IMG/VR virus record: IMGVR_UViG_3300028196_000007
Coordinates: 22,140-86,139 of that record
Strand: one strand, 5' to 3'
Length of the DNA: 64,000 bases
Source: a virus
The notes below the pieces were generated by a model that was not told the origin of the DNA, ran no database searches, and saw only the letters and a program-made list of their open reading frames with translations. Positions 53,180 to 61,489 of this stretch are shown one piece after another; within the stretch, counting starts at the first letter, position 1; each line of letters begins with the position of its first letter. Made by a program: the position numbers and the translations under genes.

Positions 53180-53947
53180 TTATGCTACCGTTATCTCTAC
53201 CCAAAATTGATGAAACTTTGCTTTATCTTCATCTGCAATTGTGTACATTAAATTTGTTCTGTCTCCTGTATAAGCTAGCGTTGCGCTGCTTCTTGATAAA
53301 CTTCCTTGTGTTTCATGTGCATGTTTATATACTTTATAATTACCTACAAATCTTGAATTTGCAGAAGGCTTGTCCCATTGTATATAGTATGTTGTATTTA
53401 ATGGAGTAACAGATAAGTTTGTAGGTTCTAAGCTTGATATTGTAAATGACTTAGATGCTGTTGCTGCATTAGAATAAACACCGCCTTTTACTGCATATAC
53501 TTTATACGCTATTGTTCCTGTTTGGTCAAATGTGTTATCTATTACTGACATAGTATTAGCCATATCAGCTGGTGATATTACAGATATAAGTCCATAATCT
53601 CCACCGTCTATTGAGTTAAACACTAGATAGTAATCGATGTTTGCTGTCGCTGATTTTGTTATACGTAAATCTATAGTGTCGTTAACTATAGAAGTTGATA
53701 CTCCAGCTGGTGCACCAACTTGTGTTATTTCTAAATTTGACTGAGTAACAAGTTCATCTACACGAGCATTAAGTGCAATGATTGCTGCAATTTCTGGTAC
53801 GTTGTCTTGTAGTTCTGTATCTCCTAAAAGCTCTGCTGTTATTGAATATTGTTCCTTCTTTGCGAAATCCTCATTTCCTGAATCTAAAGTACCTGCCTTA
53901 GATTGAGCAAGCATTTGAGTCATAGTTAATATTGTTCTTCTTGCCAT
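53180..53947 (-). CDS. Fibronectin type III-like structural protein
   Basis: APAGVS...YKVYAV and PTNLSVT...IQWDKP...YKVY FN3 patterns. Confidence 0.65.
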   Translation of the reverse strand: MARRTILTMTQMLAQSKAGTLDSGNEDFAKKEQYSITAELLGDTELQDNVPEIAAIIALNARVDELVTQSNLEITQVGAPAGVSTSIVNDTIDLRITKSATANIDYYLVFNSIDGGDYGLISVISPADMANTMSVIDNTFDQTGTIAYKVYAVKGGVYSNAATASKSFTISSLEPTNLSVTPLNTTYYIQWDKPSANSRFVGNYKVYKHAHETQGSLSRSSATLAYTGDRTNLMYTIADEDKAKFHQFWVEITVA

Positions 53948-54921
53948 TATGATATTCTCCTAGTACCTGAAATTGTAAAGCTTGCTTTTACTGCATTTGT
54001 GTTGCTGTTTGTTGTATCTAAAAATCCTACAGCTATAAATATTAGCTGACCTTCATCAACGTCTACTGTTGCTTCTCCATCAAAGTTTCTAAATCTTCCT
54101 GACGTAGTTGACTGGTTTATATGTATTATTTCTGTTATTGATATAGCAGAATTTGTATTATCAGATCTGTCTCCAATGAAAACCATCATTGAAATTGTAG
54201 GAGAGTCACCCGAAGGTCTTACTTGGCCTTTAAGCTTTATCTTTTTTAAATTATAAGGTACTTGCATACCGCAGTTTGAGTTGTCTTCACTAATAGTCAT
54301 AGCGCTGGCAGAAGTTACTTGCTGACTCCAGTTGTGGTGGTTCCAGCCATAACTACCATTTCCAATATTCATTTGAGTAGTAGACTTATTTGTAAAATAT
54401 ATATTACCACACCAAAGTGAGTTGTCCGAACCTTCGACTTCACCTGATACGTTGATGTCTCCTGTTACACCTAATGTGCTTCCGTCGTATGTTAAACCAG
54501 ATTCACCGTTTAGCGAATTTGAATCTGTAGCTGTTACAACTCTATTATTAACACCATTAGACAAGTTTGCTAATGTGCTTCCCCACACTCTTGAATCTAT
54601 CTCATCTGTTTTTACTATATTTGATGAGTCCAGGACAAGTACTGTATTATCTGTACCTGCTAATGCCGTGGCTAATTTAAGTTGGTTGTTGACTGTTGTG
54701 TGTGAGGCATCGATGTTGACCATTGACTGGTCCCTAACTATTAAGTCTATATCTGTTTTAGGAACAACTTCAAGACCATCGGTAGAATCGAATTTTATAC
54801 CTGATACGGTTCCCATACTTGTGAGATGTTCGATTCTATTTGTTCGCATCCCTAGCGAACTTGTAACTTCATTTAATTGCGCATTCGATCCCGAAGTTAC
54901 GACTTTTTTCCAATTTGGCAT
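53947..54921 (-). CDS. Tail fibre-like protein
   Basis: N-terminal MPNWKKVVTSGS; NNRVVTA...LNGESGLTYDGS.L fibre repeat. Confidence 0.7.
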   Translation of the reverse strand: MPNWKKVVTSGSNAQLNEVTSSLGMRTNRIEHLTSMGTVSGIKFDSTDGLEVVPKTDIDLIVRDQSMVNIDASHTTVNNQLKLATALAGTDNTVLVLDSSNIVKTDEIDSRVWGSTLANLSNGVNNRVVTATDSNSLNGESGLTYDGSTLGVTGDINVSGEVEGSDNSLWCGNIYFTNKSTTQMNIGNGSYGWNHHNWSQQVTSASAMTISEDNSNCGMQVPYNLKKIKLKGQVRPSGDSPTISMMVFIGDRSDNTNSAISITEIIHINQSTTSGRFRNFDGEATVDVDEGQLIFIAVGFLDTTNSNTNAVKASFTISGTRRIS

Positions 54922-54930
54922 GTTTTTCTC

Positions 54931-54980
54931 CTATGGTTGGTTACAGATAAATCTGCCCACTTCCCTTTCGGGCCTAATAG
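54931..54980 (-). promoter_or_regulatory. Three-way-junction RNA leader overlapping the SD
   Basis: CUAU-UA-GG[CCC-GAAA-GGG]AAGU[GG-GCAGA-UUUA-UCUGU-AA-CC]AA-CC-AUAG(GAG); class A motif at 54986-54994. Confidence 0.6.
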
Positions 54981-55008
54981 TTTAATATAAATATATAGAT
55001 AAGTTTTA

Positions 55009-55155
55009 TTAAGCTGTTAGCTTCTTACTTTCTTTGGTAATCTGCTTGTCGACTTTATCTAAAACTGTAACTACAAACCTTGCATCTTTGCCTGTTATTT
55101 GTGATGCGTTAATAGCTGCTTTTATAAAATTTAACTCGTGAATAGTATAACTCAT
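55009..55155 (-). CDS. Small hypothetical protein (48 aa)
   Basis: Not in ORF track: MSYTIHELNFIKAAINASQITGKDARFVVTVLDKVDKQITKESKKLTA; AGGAG SD. Confidence 0.7.
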   Translation of the reverse strand: MSYTIHELNFIKAAINASQITGKDARFVVTVLDKVDKQITKESKKLTA

Positions 55156-55173
55156 ATTTTTCTCCTTTTATAT

Positions 55174-55220
55174 CAATATAATAAAAAAATCCGACATATA
55201 AAAATATACATCGGACTTTT
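55174..55220 (-). promoter_or_regulatory. Class B promoter overlapped by a terminator hairpin
   Basis: Promoter at 55203-55174; hairpin GUCCGAUGUAUA/UAUAUGUCGGAU plus U run. Confidence 0.7.
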
Positions 55221-55221
55221 A

Positions 55222-55434
55222 CTATTTATTGTATTCTTTCTGAAGCTTAGAAGTAAGATGATATAGCGAATCTATCATGTTACCATTAAAGTTTGAGTTT
55301 TTCACAAGCTGCAAAACAATTCCTATTTCATCATTAGTTAATTGAACTAAGTGATACTCTTGTTTTCTTGTTTTTACACCTCTTATTTCTGAAATTTTCT
55401 TTCCTTTTATTGCCATGTATAACCTTTTTAACAT
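55222..55434 (-). CDS. Small hypothetical protein (start may be 55416)
   Basis: Follows a fibre gene; C half resembles the 48-aa neighbour in pattern. Confidence 0.65.
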   Translation of the reverse strand: MLKRLYMAIKGKKISEIRGVKTRKQEYHLVQLTNDEIGIVLQLVKNSNFNGNMIDSLYHLTSKLQKEYNK

Positions 55435-55440
55435 TTTATC

Positions 55441-56646
55441 TTATTCAACGTAAACGTAAATCTCTGAACTTTCAATTTTTATATTACCATTGTATTGGTA
55501 AGAAGCGTTTGAGCCTGTAACTACCATAGCAACAAATGCATCTGATGCTATTGCGCTTTGACCTTCTGTTGCTCCGCTAAAATCAAATCCTAATCTAGAA
55601 GCTGATTCGTCCCAACCTAATGAAGCACCTTGTCCTTCAAATACTAAACCAGCATCTGCTGCAGCACCACCATCATTTAAGTTGATGAATTTATCTGTTA
55701 TATTTAAGTTTGTTACGTTTGCAGTTATAGTGTCACCTGATACAGTTAAATCACCAGTTACTACGAAGTCTCCACCAGCAGTCATTGTTACGCCATTACC
55801 AATAGTAGTAGCAGTATCAATTTGAGGTAGTCTTGCTTCTAAGTTACCAACACTAACATCTACATCAGTATTTGTAATAGCTCCAGAAGCTGCTCCTAAA
55901 TATCCCCATTGTGCAGCTGATATTGAAGTTGAGCCAATGTTTTCTAGCTGAGCACCTTGAGTTGACGTTAGATTAGAAAGCTCTGTTACTTGAGATATTG
56001 CTATTGTTTTGTTAGTTAATGTTTGTGTGCCATTTAACGTTACATCACCCGTGTTAGTTGTATATCCAAAACCAGTAACAAATGTATGGATTTGGTCAGC
56101 TGTTGCTAATCCAGTACCACTATCTGCAATTGCGGCTGTATCTAATACGGCACCTGTTCCTAAACCTAATGTTGCTATAGCTGCAGCTGCATCTGCATCA
56201 TCAATTAAAGTTTTACCAAATGCTGATATTGTTGTATTTGAAGGTAAAGATAAAGTTTTAATGTCTGCATCTACATCTGCTTCTGGTAATGCAGCATCTG
56301 CTGTTGCTCCTTGAGCTGCTGTTGCATAGTTTGTTGCAGCTGTTACTGCAGCGCTTCCTAAACCAAGACTTGCTCTAAGTGTTGTTCCTGATTCTAGTAC
56401 AAATGCAGAGCCATTACCTATTAGAACATTACCATCACCTGGTGATGCTGATAATCCTGCTATGTCTGCTAAATTTGCATCGTATGCTTGTACATCTGAA
56501 CCTATTGCTAAACCTAAGTTAGCTCTGGCGTCTGCAGCTGTAGAAGCTCCTGTACCACCTTGTGCGACTGCTAAATCTGTTGTTAGTGTTAGTGATGCTA
56601 AGGATGCAGCCGCTCCTTCAACAATTACCTTTTTCCATGATGCCAT
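55441..56646 (-). CDS. Tail fibre-like protein
   Basis: MASWKKVIV, LAVAQGGTGASTAADARANLGL, TQTLTNKT, GDLTVSG motifs. Confidence 0.8.
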   Translation of the reverse strand: MASWKKVIVEGAAASLASLTLTTDLAVAQGGTGASTAADARANLGLAIGSDVQAYDANLADIAGLSASPGDGNVLIGNGSAFVLESGTTLRASLGLGSAAVTAATNYATAAQGATADAALPEADVDADIKTLSLPSNTTISAFGKTLIDDADAAAAIATLGLGTGAVLDTAAIADSGTGLATADQIHTFVTGFGYTTNTGDVTLNGTQTLTNKTIAISQVTELSNLTSTQGAQLENIGSTSISAAQWGYLGAASGAITNTDVDVSVGNLEARLPQIDTATTIGNGVTMTAGGDFVVTGDLTVSGDTITANVTNLNITDKFINLNDGGAAADAGLVFEGQGASLGWDESASRLGFDFSGATEGQSAIASDAFVAMVVTGSNASYQYNGNIKIESSEIYVYVE

Positions 56647-56745
56647 TTGTTTTTCCTCTTTATTTTTTTAATTTGACATTTATTTACTTTCTGTCAGTGA
56701 CAGATGGTTGGTTATTCATAATATAAATATACAGTACTTTATTGT

Positions 56746-57093
56746 TTATGCGTTATCTCCAACATAAAACACACCTTGTCTATAATATATACCACCTTCT
56801 ACTGGAGTAGGTGTGTTTCCAGCACTTCCTAGTACAGTAATACCTTGTGAGTTTATTTTAAACTTTTCTGCAGAACCTGTTACGTCGTCCATTCTTATTA
56901 TAAATGAATCAGCAGCAGAGCTTGAAAGTACAAAGCTTCCTGACACTGACACTTGTTCTGTAGATGTAAATTGTAATTTAGTCGACGATGAAAACTCAAC
57001 AAGTGAATCAGACGCTGTTATATATGCAACGGTGTTAGCCGAGCCTGTAAATTGTAGTACGCCTAGTCCAGGCCTTATTATTATATCTGCCAT
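56746..57093 (-). CDS. Small tail-associated protein
   Basis: 115 aa, PTPVEGGIYY motif; in the fibre cluster. Confidence 0.65.
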   Translation of the reverse strand: MADIIIRPGLGVLQFTGSANTVAYITASDSLVEFSSSTKLQFTSTEQVSVSGSFVLSSSAADSFIIRMDDVTGSAEKFKINSQGITVLGSAGNTPTPVEGGIYYRQGVFYVGDNA

Positions 57094-58692
57094 CTATTTC
57101 ACCGTCTTTAGTTTTTTAACATCTTTTCTTGTAGCGTGTACTACATAATATGCGTTTACTTTACTACTAAATAAAGCATCGTTATTTATAAATATCTTGT
57201 TATCTGATACATCCTTTACAAATAAATTCTGGCTTTTACCTATAGCAGTCAACTGCACTGTAATACTATCTTCGTGTACAAGCCATTTCCACTCTTCAGG
57301 TAGTTCTATAATTTTATCTTGTGTTTTTCCTCTTACATATACAGAATGCTCAGGTCCTTCAAGTACACCGTAAACCAATTTCTTACCTTCAATACTTTGA
57401 TGAGGTATGCTAAATGATTTTACAGCAGCTTCTATCGTGCCGGTAAACTCTGCATCTTCTGCAAATATATTTCCACTTGCACTTATATTACCTGAGGCTG
57501 TTATATTACCGCGAAAAGTATGAGGTTTAGATGTTCCTAATCTACCGTATGTATAGCTATCCCATTGGCCTGCATTATCTAGGCCTAAAACACCTGAAGT
57601 GCCTTCATCAAATACAAATTTACTATTTAGTCGTAAGTGTCCACCATTTATACCACCACTTGCACTTATATTACCTGAGGCTGTAATGTTACCATTTGCA
57701 TATATACCTCCATCCTGAAAGGTGTACTCGCCAGAACCAGCAGCTGTATTTTTAAGTATTCTATTTAGTCCTTCACCTAATGTGATGTGGGTAAAGCTTC
57801 CTTCATACCCTTGAAGTTTTCCAGTAGCTCCACTTGCAATTATATTATCTGCCGTTAAATCTCCGCTTGCACTTATGTCACTAGTTACTCCAGCACCGCT
57901 CAATACTAAACTACCAGATATAGTTGTTGTTCCATCATCATCTAAATGTAATACATTATGATTTGCTGTGAAATGTAACCCTCCTTGTGAGAATTTATTT
58001 CTTATAGCCCAGTCTGGTGTCTGATTATTTTTTAATTCTAATGTTGCATTTCCATTACCTGTTGTTTCAAGTACAGCATTTACACTTTGAGAATCTTTAA
58101 CATGAAGTTGATATGATTGTGCTGCAGCAGGAGAATCTCCTATTTGAATTGTATCAACTTCCAAATTACCTGATGCAGTAATACTACCGTTGAATGTATG
58201 GTTGTCATTTGCAGCATCACCAAAAATATTTGAACCACTAGAATAAATAATTGATGATGTAACTATAGAAGCTGTTATGCTTGTTATATCTATACTGTTT
58301 GCTGAAATTGTGTCGAAAGATACAGCAGACGTAGTAGTAAGATTTTGGTTTATAGATTTTAGTGCTGCAACGTTTGTACACTCAGATTCAAGTAATGCGC
58401 CTTGTGCGTCAATAGATAGATTAGTTATTCCAGAGCCATCACCTACAAAATAACCTGCACTTACTGTTCCACTTGCAGTTATGTTTCCGGTACCTGTATG
58501 ATTACCTAAATGATTTCTTATTTTATTGGAAGCTGTTATCTCACCAAACATCCAATTAGAGTGTGTTGCGTTAGAAGAACCTGAGCCATACCATAGCGAA
58601 CCTGAAGATACATTTATCGCTAGCTCACCTTGTAAAAGTGATGCTGGTGCTGATGAACCTGTTCCATTTTTTATTTGTATTGTTTGTGCCAT
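57094..58692 (-). CDS. Tail fibre-like protein with ITASGNISASG repeats and C-terminal chaperone-like domain
   Basis: IQIKNG...L.QGELAIN head, repeated GNITASG, KSFSIPH..LEGPE tail. Confidence 0.8.
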   Translation of the reverse strand: MAQTIQIKNGTGSSAPASLLQGELAINVSSGSLWYGSGSSNATHSNWMFGEITASNKIRNHLGNHTGTGNITASGTVSAGYFVGDGSGITNLSIDAQGALLESECTNVAALKSINQNLTTTSAVSFDTISANSIDITSITASIVTSSIIYSSGSNIFGDAANDNHTFNGSITASGNLEVDTIQIGDSPAAAQSYQLHVKDSQSVNAVLETTGNGNATLELKNNQTPDWAIRNKFSQGGLHFTANHNVLHLDDDGTTTISGSLVLSGAGVTSDISASGDLTADNIIASGATGKLQGYEGSFTHITLGEGLNRILKNTAAGSGEYTFQDGGIYANGNITASGNISASGGINGGHLRLNSKFVFDEGTSGVLGLDNAGQWDSYTYGRLGTSKPHTFRGNITASGNISASGNIFAEDAEFTGTIEAAVKSFSIPHQSIEGKKLVYGVLEGPEHSVYVRGKTQDKIIELPEEWKWLVHEDSITVQLTAIGKSQNLFVKDVSDNKIFINNDALFSSKVNAYYVVHATRKDVKKLKTVK

Positions 58693-58717
58693 TTTTTATC
58701 TTCCTATTATATAAATA

Positions 58718-59395
58718 TCAAAAAGTCCCGCCTGTTAACTTATTAAAGAATATTTCTTGACAATGAATATCATTACTAGCACTTACAGTACCATTGTCTA
58801 AAACTGTAAATCCTTCAGACAAGTTAACTTCTCTAACAACTAGGTATTGGAGTTCCATCTTAAATCTTGAGCCTTGAGCATCGTTAATCCTTAATCCATT
58901 GTTTTGGTCAAACTTTAAATCACCAAGTTTATTAGAAGACGCGTCTTGAAACTCTATGGTTTCGTGTCTTGTTATTATGTGATCGAATTTACCAATTTGT
59001 GCATATGCTGTAGTTGCTGAAATATTGTTAGCTTGAATATTATTTGCGGTTACTGTCGAGCCGCTTACAGTACCTGTAGTTTTTATAGAACAATCTTCTC
59101 CTTCCAGATTAATGTTTCCACCACCTGTATAATCTCCTGGATTTTCAATACCTGTAAGATAACCAATACCTTTTGAGTGTATTCCACCAGTGCTAACTCT
59201 AAGGTCGTGTGTGGTAGAACCTAGTACTCCACTTCCTACGTCAAGTTTGCCTGTTGCATGTACACTTTGTCCAGAAATCTCTAACGGCATAGTACTTCCA
59301 GTACCGTTGTACATCTTACCTAAATTATCTAGATGCAATACCCTTTGATAGGTATCTTGTATGTTAGAGCCTGATAAGCTTGGTAAAAAAGCCAT
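58718..59395 (-). CDS. Tail-associated protein ending GGTF
   Basis: 225 aa; beta-repeat composition. Confidence 0.65.
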   Translation of the reverse strand: MAFLPSLSGSNIQDTYQRVLHLDNLGKMYNGTGSTMPLEISGQSVHATGKLDVGSGVLGSTTHDLRVSTGGIHSKGIGYLTGIENPGDYTGGGNINLEGEDCSIKTTGTVSGSTVTANNIQANNISATTAYAQIGKFDHIITRHETIEFQDASSNKLGDLKFDQNNGLRINDAQGSRFKMELQYLVVREVNLSEGFTVLDNGTVSASNDIHCQEIFFNKLTGGTF

Positions 59396-59406
59396 AACCT
59401 ATTCCC

Positions 59407-59967
59407 TTATTTTCGTTTCTGTAAAACTTTAATAACCTTCTCAATTATAGGAAGCTTTGTTTCTTCCTTTATTGGATTGTGTTGTACGTATTCTGCAACG
59501 ATATTATTTAATTTATTCTTTTTTATTGTCAAGTTGTCTATATTTATTTCTTCCTTAATAAGCATTTTTACTAAATTTAAAATATGCTGTTTTTCCGTTA
59601 ATGTAGGTTGGGATAATATATTGACTGTATTTTTGGTTTTTTGCAATATTGGTTTTTCCTGTGTTATTACCTCTACTGTAACCTTCTTTGACTGATGTAC
59701 TTTAAATGTAGATTCCCAAGGTGTAAAATAAGTATCTTCTGCTATAACTTCTAAGCGTATAGTACCTTCTGTACTTTCGTCTATCAAGCCTCTAAGTCTC
59801 TTTACAGGTATGTTAACCTTGCCTGATTCAGATATAGTTCCTTTAAATAGTATATCGAATCCATCAGCTTCAACAACTAGTCTTGCTTTTGACTTTTTTA
59901 ATGAAGCTCCTTCTAGCTTTATGTTGGCTTCGAAATTTTCAATTTTATCAGTGTATAATTTGTACAT
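59407..59967 (-). CDS. Hypothetical protein
   Basis: 186 aa, LEVIAEDTYFTPW; coupled to the upstream gene. Confidence 0.7.
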   Translation of the reverse strand: MYKLYTDKIENFEANIKLEGASLKKSKARLVVEADGFDILFKGTISESGKVNIPVKRLRGLIDESTEGTIRLEVIAEDTYFTPWESTFKVHQSKKVTVEVITQEKPILQKTKNTVNILSQPTLTEKQHILNLVKMLIKEEINIDNLTIKKNKLNNIVAEYVQHNPIKEETKLPIIEKVIKVLQKRK

Positions 59968-60232
59968 TTCTTTTTATCTCCTCAGCGATTATTTTTATAT
60001 CGTCTAAATATATTTCTATATTCTGTATTTCTTTTGTTTCGTCATAGACTTTTATACCTCTTCTTTCCATAACAAGCCTAATTACTTTTCTTTTCTTTTC
60101 TTCTAGCTTTTTGTCTTTCTTTCTATTGGCCTTGCTTCGACCTTCTATGCTAGAAATTACATCGTTTACATCATTCCATAAATTTGAATTGCTGTTCCAT
60201 GTAAAATTTGCTTTATCCCATGTTAATGTCAT
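59948..60232 (-). CDS. Hypothetical protein with Trp-repeat N-terminus
   Basis: TWDKANFTWNSNSNLWND; class A motif at 60234-60242. Confidence 0.65.
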   Translation of the reverse strand: MTLTWDKANFTWNSNSNLWNDVNDVISSIEGRSKANRKKDKKLEEKKRKVIRLVMERRGIKVYDETKEIQNIEIYLDDIKIIAEEIKRNVQIIH

Positions 60233-60253
60233 ATATAAATATCAACCTATTTA

Positions 60254-61489
60254 TTAAAAGGTTCCTCCATCAATAGGAAGTACACTACCTGTAAAAGTAG
60301 GATATCCTCCTGTAACTCTTAATTGATCTGCATATAAATCACCTTGTATTACTACATTACCAGCGGCATCTAATTCAAAATCATTGTTTGTCGTGAAACC
60401 TATTGAGCTATGTATTGAAAATTTACTTTGACTTTCATCAACACCCATTACCCATCTTTTTTCTACTTCCTGATTATAGAATATTATTTCTCTATCTGAA
60501 TCATCGTAAGTGTGTCCTACATACATTTTTCCGTGAGTATGAAGTGAAGCGTCATAATCTACTTTTGAACTTGAAAGTATTAAGCCTCCTTCATGCAATT
60601 GCATTGTCTCACTTATAGGTTCTCCAGCAACTGAACTACCAATAGCAAAATTCATTGAGCCTTTTATTGCAGAGCCATCATTAGCAACTCCGTTTACAAC
60701 CCCTTGTATTTGCATTGCTGTAGCATCTCTTCTTTCACTGATTGAAAGGTCTTCCCACGTAATAGTACCTAGTGCGTCTCCTACCGATGCTGTTGAAGGT
60801 GCATTGAATGTTCCTGGTGTGTATGACATTACTATTTCTGACCCAGACGTTTCTGTTACAGTTTCCCCTCCAGTAGCAATGCCTTTAAATTTCTTTGTTG
60901 TAAACTTACCGTTTGTAAATTCTAATTCTTTACTTCCGTCATCTGATCTAAACTTTATACTGTCAGCTTTAAAATCTATGTCGTCTTTAGGATTCTCTGT
61001 TTTAAATCCTAGTTTACCTGAGCGTGAAACATACATAAAAGTTTTTTCATGCTGAGTAAAATTGCGAGTTGGGTTGCTCTCTAAAGGCTTATATATACTC
61101 CAGTCTCCATCATCGCTAAACCCTAGTGATAGTGAAGAAGTTATAGCTCTAGGAAATACAGATGTTGTTGCATTGTGCGTAACGTGTCTGTAGAATCTTG
61201 AATGTGATGCATAGCCATTTGATTCTGTGACAACACCTATCATCTCAAACGAACCAGTAGTTGTAGTATTACCATAGTGGTGTAATGATTGAGATACTGA
61301 TATAGATACAAATGAACTGGTAAAATAAGAAACAGCTGCATATGCAGATGAAGATACATTGTTTGCTGGATTTGAACCGGACCATATTGGATGGTTTGAC
61401 AAACTCGATGTCGTGCTTCCTGTTGCAATACTTAAACTTGTTGTAGTAAATAATATAGAACCTGTATTGAATATTATAGTATGCGGCAT
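60254..61489 (-). CDS. Tail-associated protein ending IDGGTF
   Basis: 411 aa, Ser/Thr/Gly-rich; coupled to the upstream fibre gene. Confidence 0.7.
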   Translation of the reverse strand: MPHTIIFNTGSILFTTTSLSIATGSTTSSLSNHPIWSGSNPANNVSSSAYAAVSYFTSSFVSISVSQSLHHYGNTTTTGSFEMIGVVTESNGYASHSRFYRHVTHNATTSVFPRAITSSLSLGFSDDGDWSIYKPLESNPTRNFTQHEKTFMYVSRSGKLGFKTENPKDDIDFKADSIKFRSDDGSKELEFTNGKFTTKKFKGIATGGETVTETSGSEIVMSYTPGTFNAPSTASVGDALGTITWEDLSISERRDATAMQIQGVVNGVANDGSAIKGSMNFAIGSSVAGEPISETMQLHEGGLILSSSKVDYDASLHTHGKMYVGHTYDDSDREIIFYNQEVEKRWVMGVDESQSKFSIHSSIGFTTNNDFELDAAGNVVIQGDLYADQLRVTGGYPTFTGSVLPIDGGTF

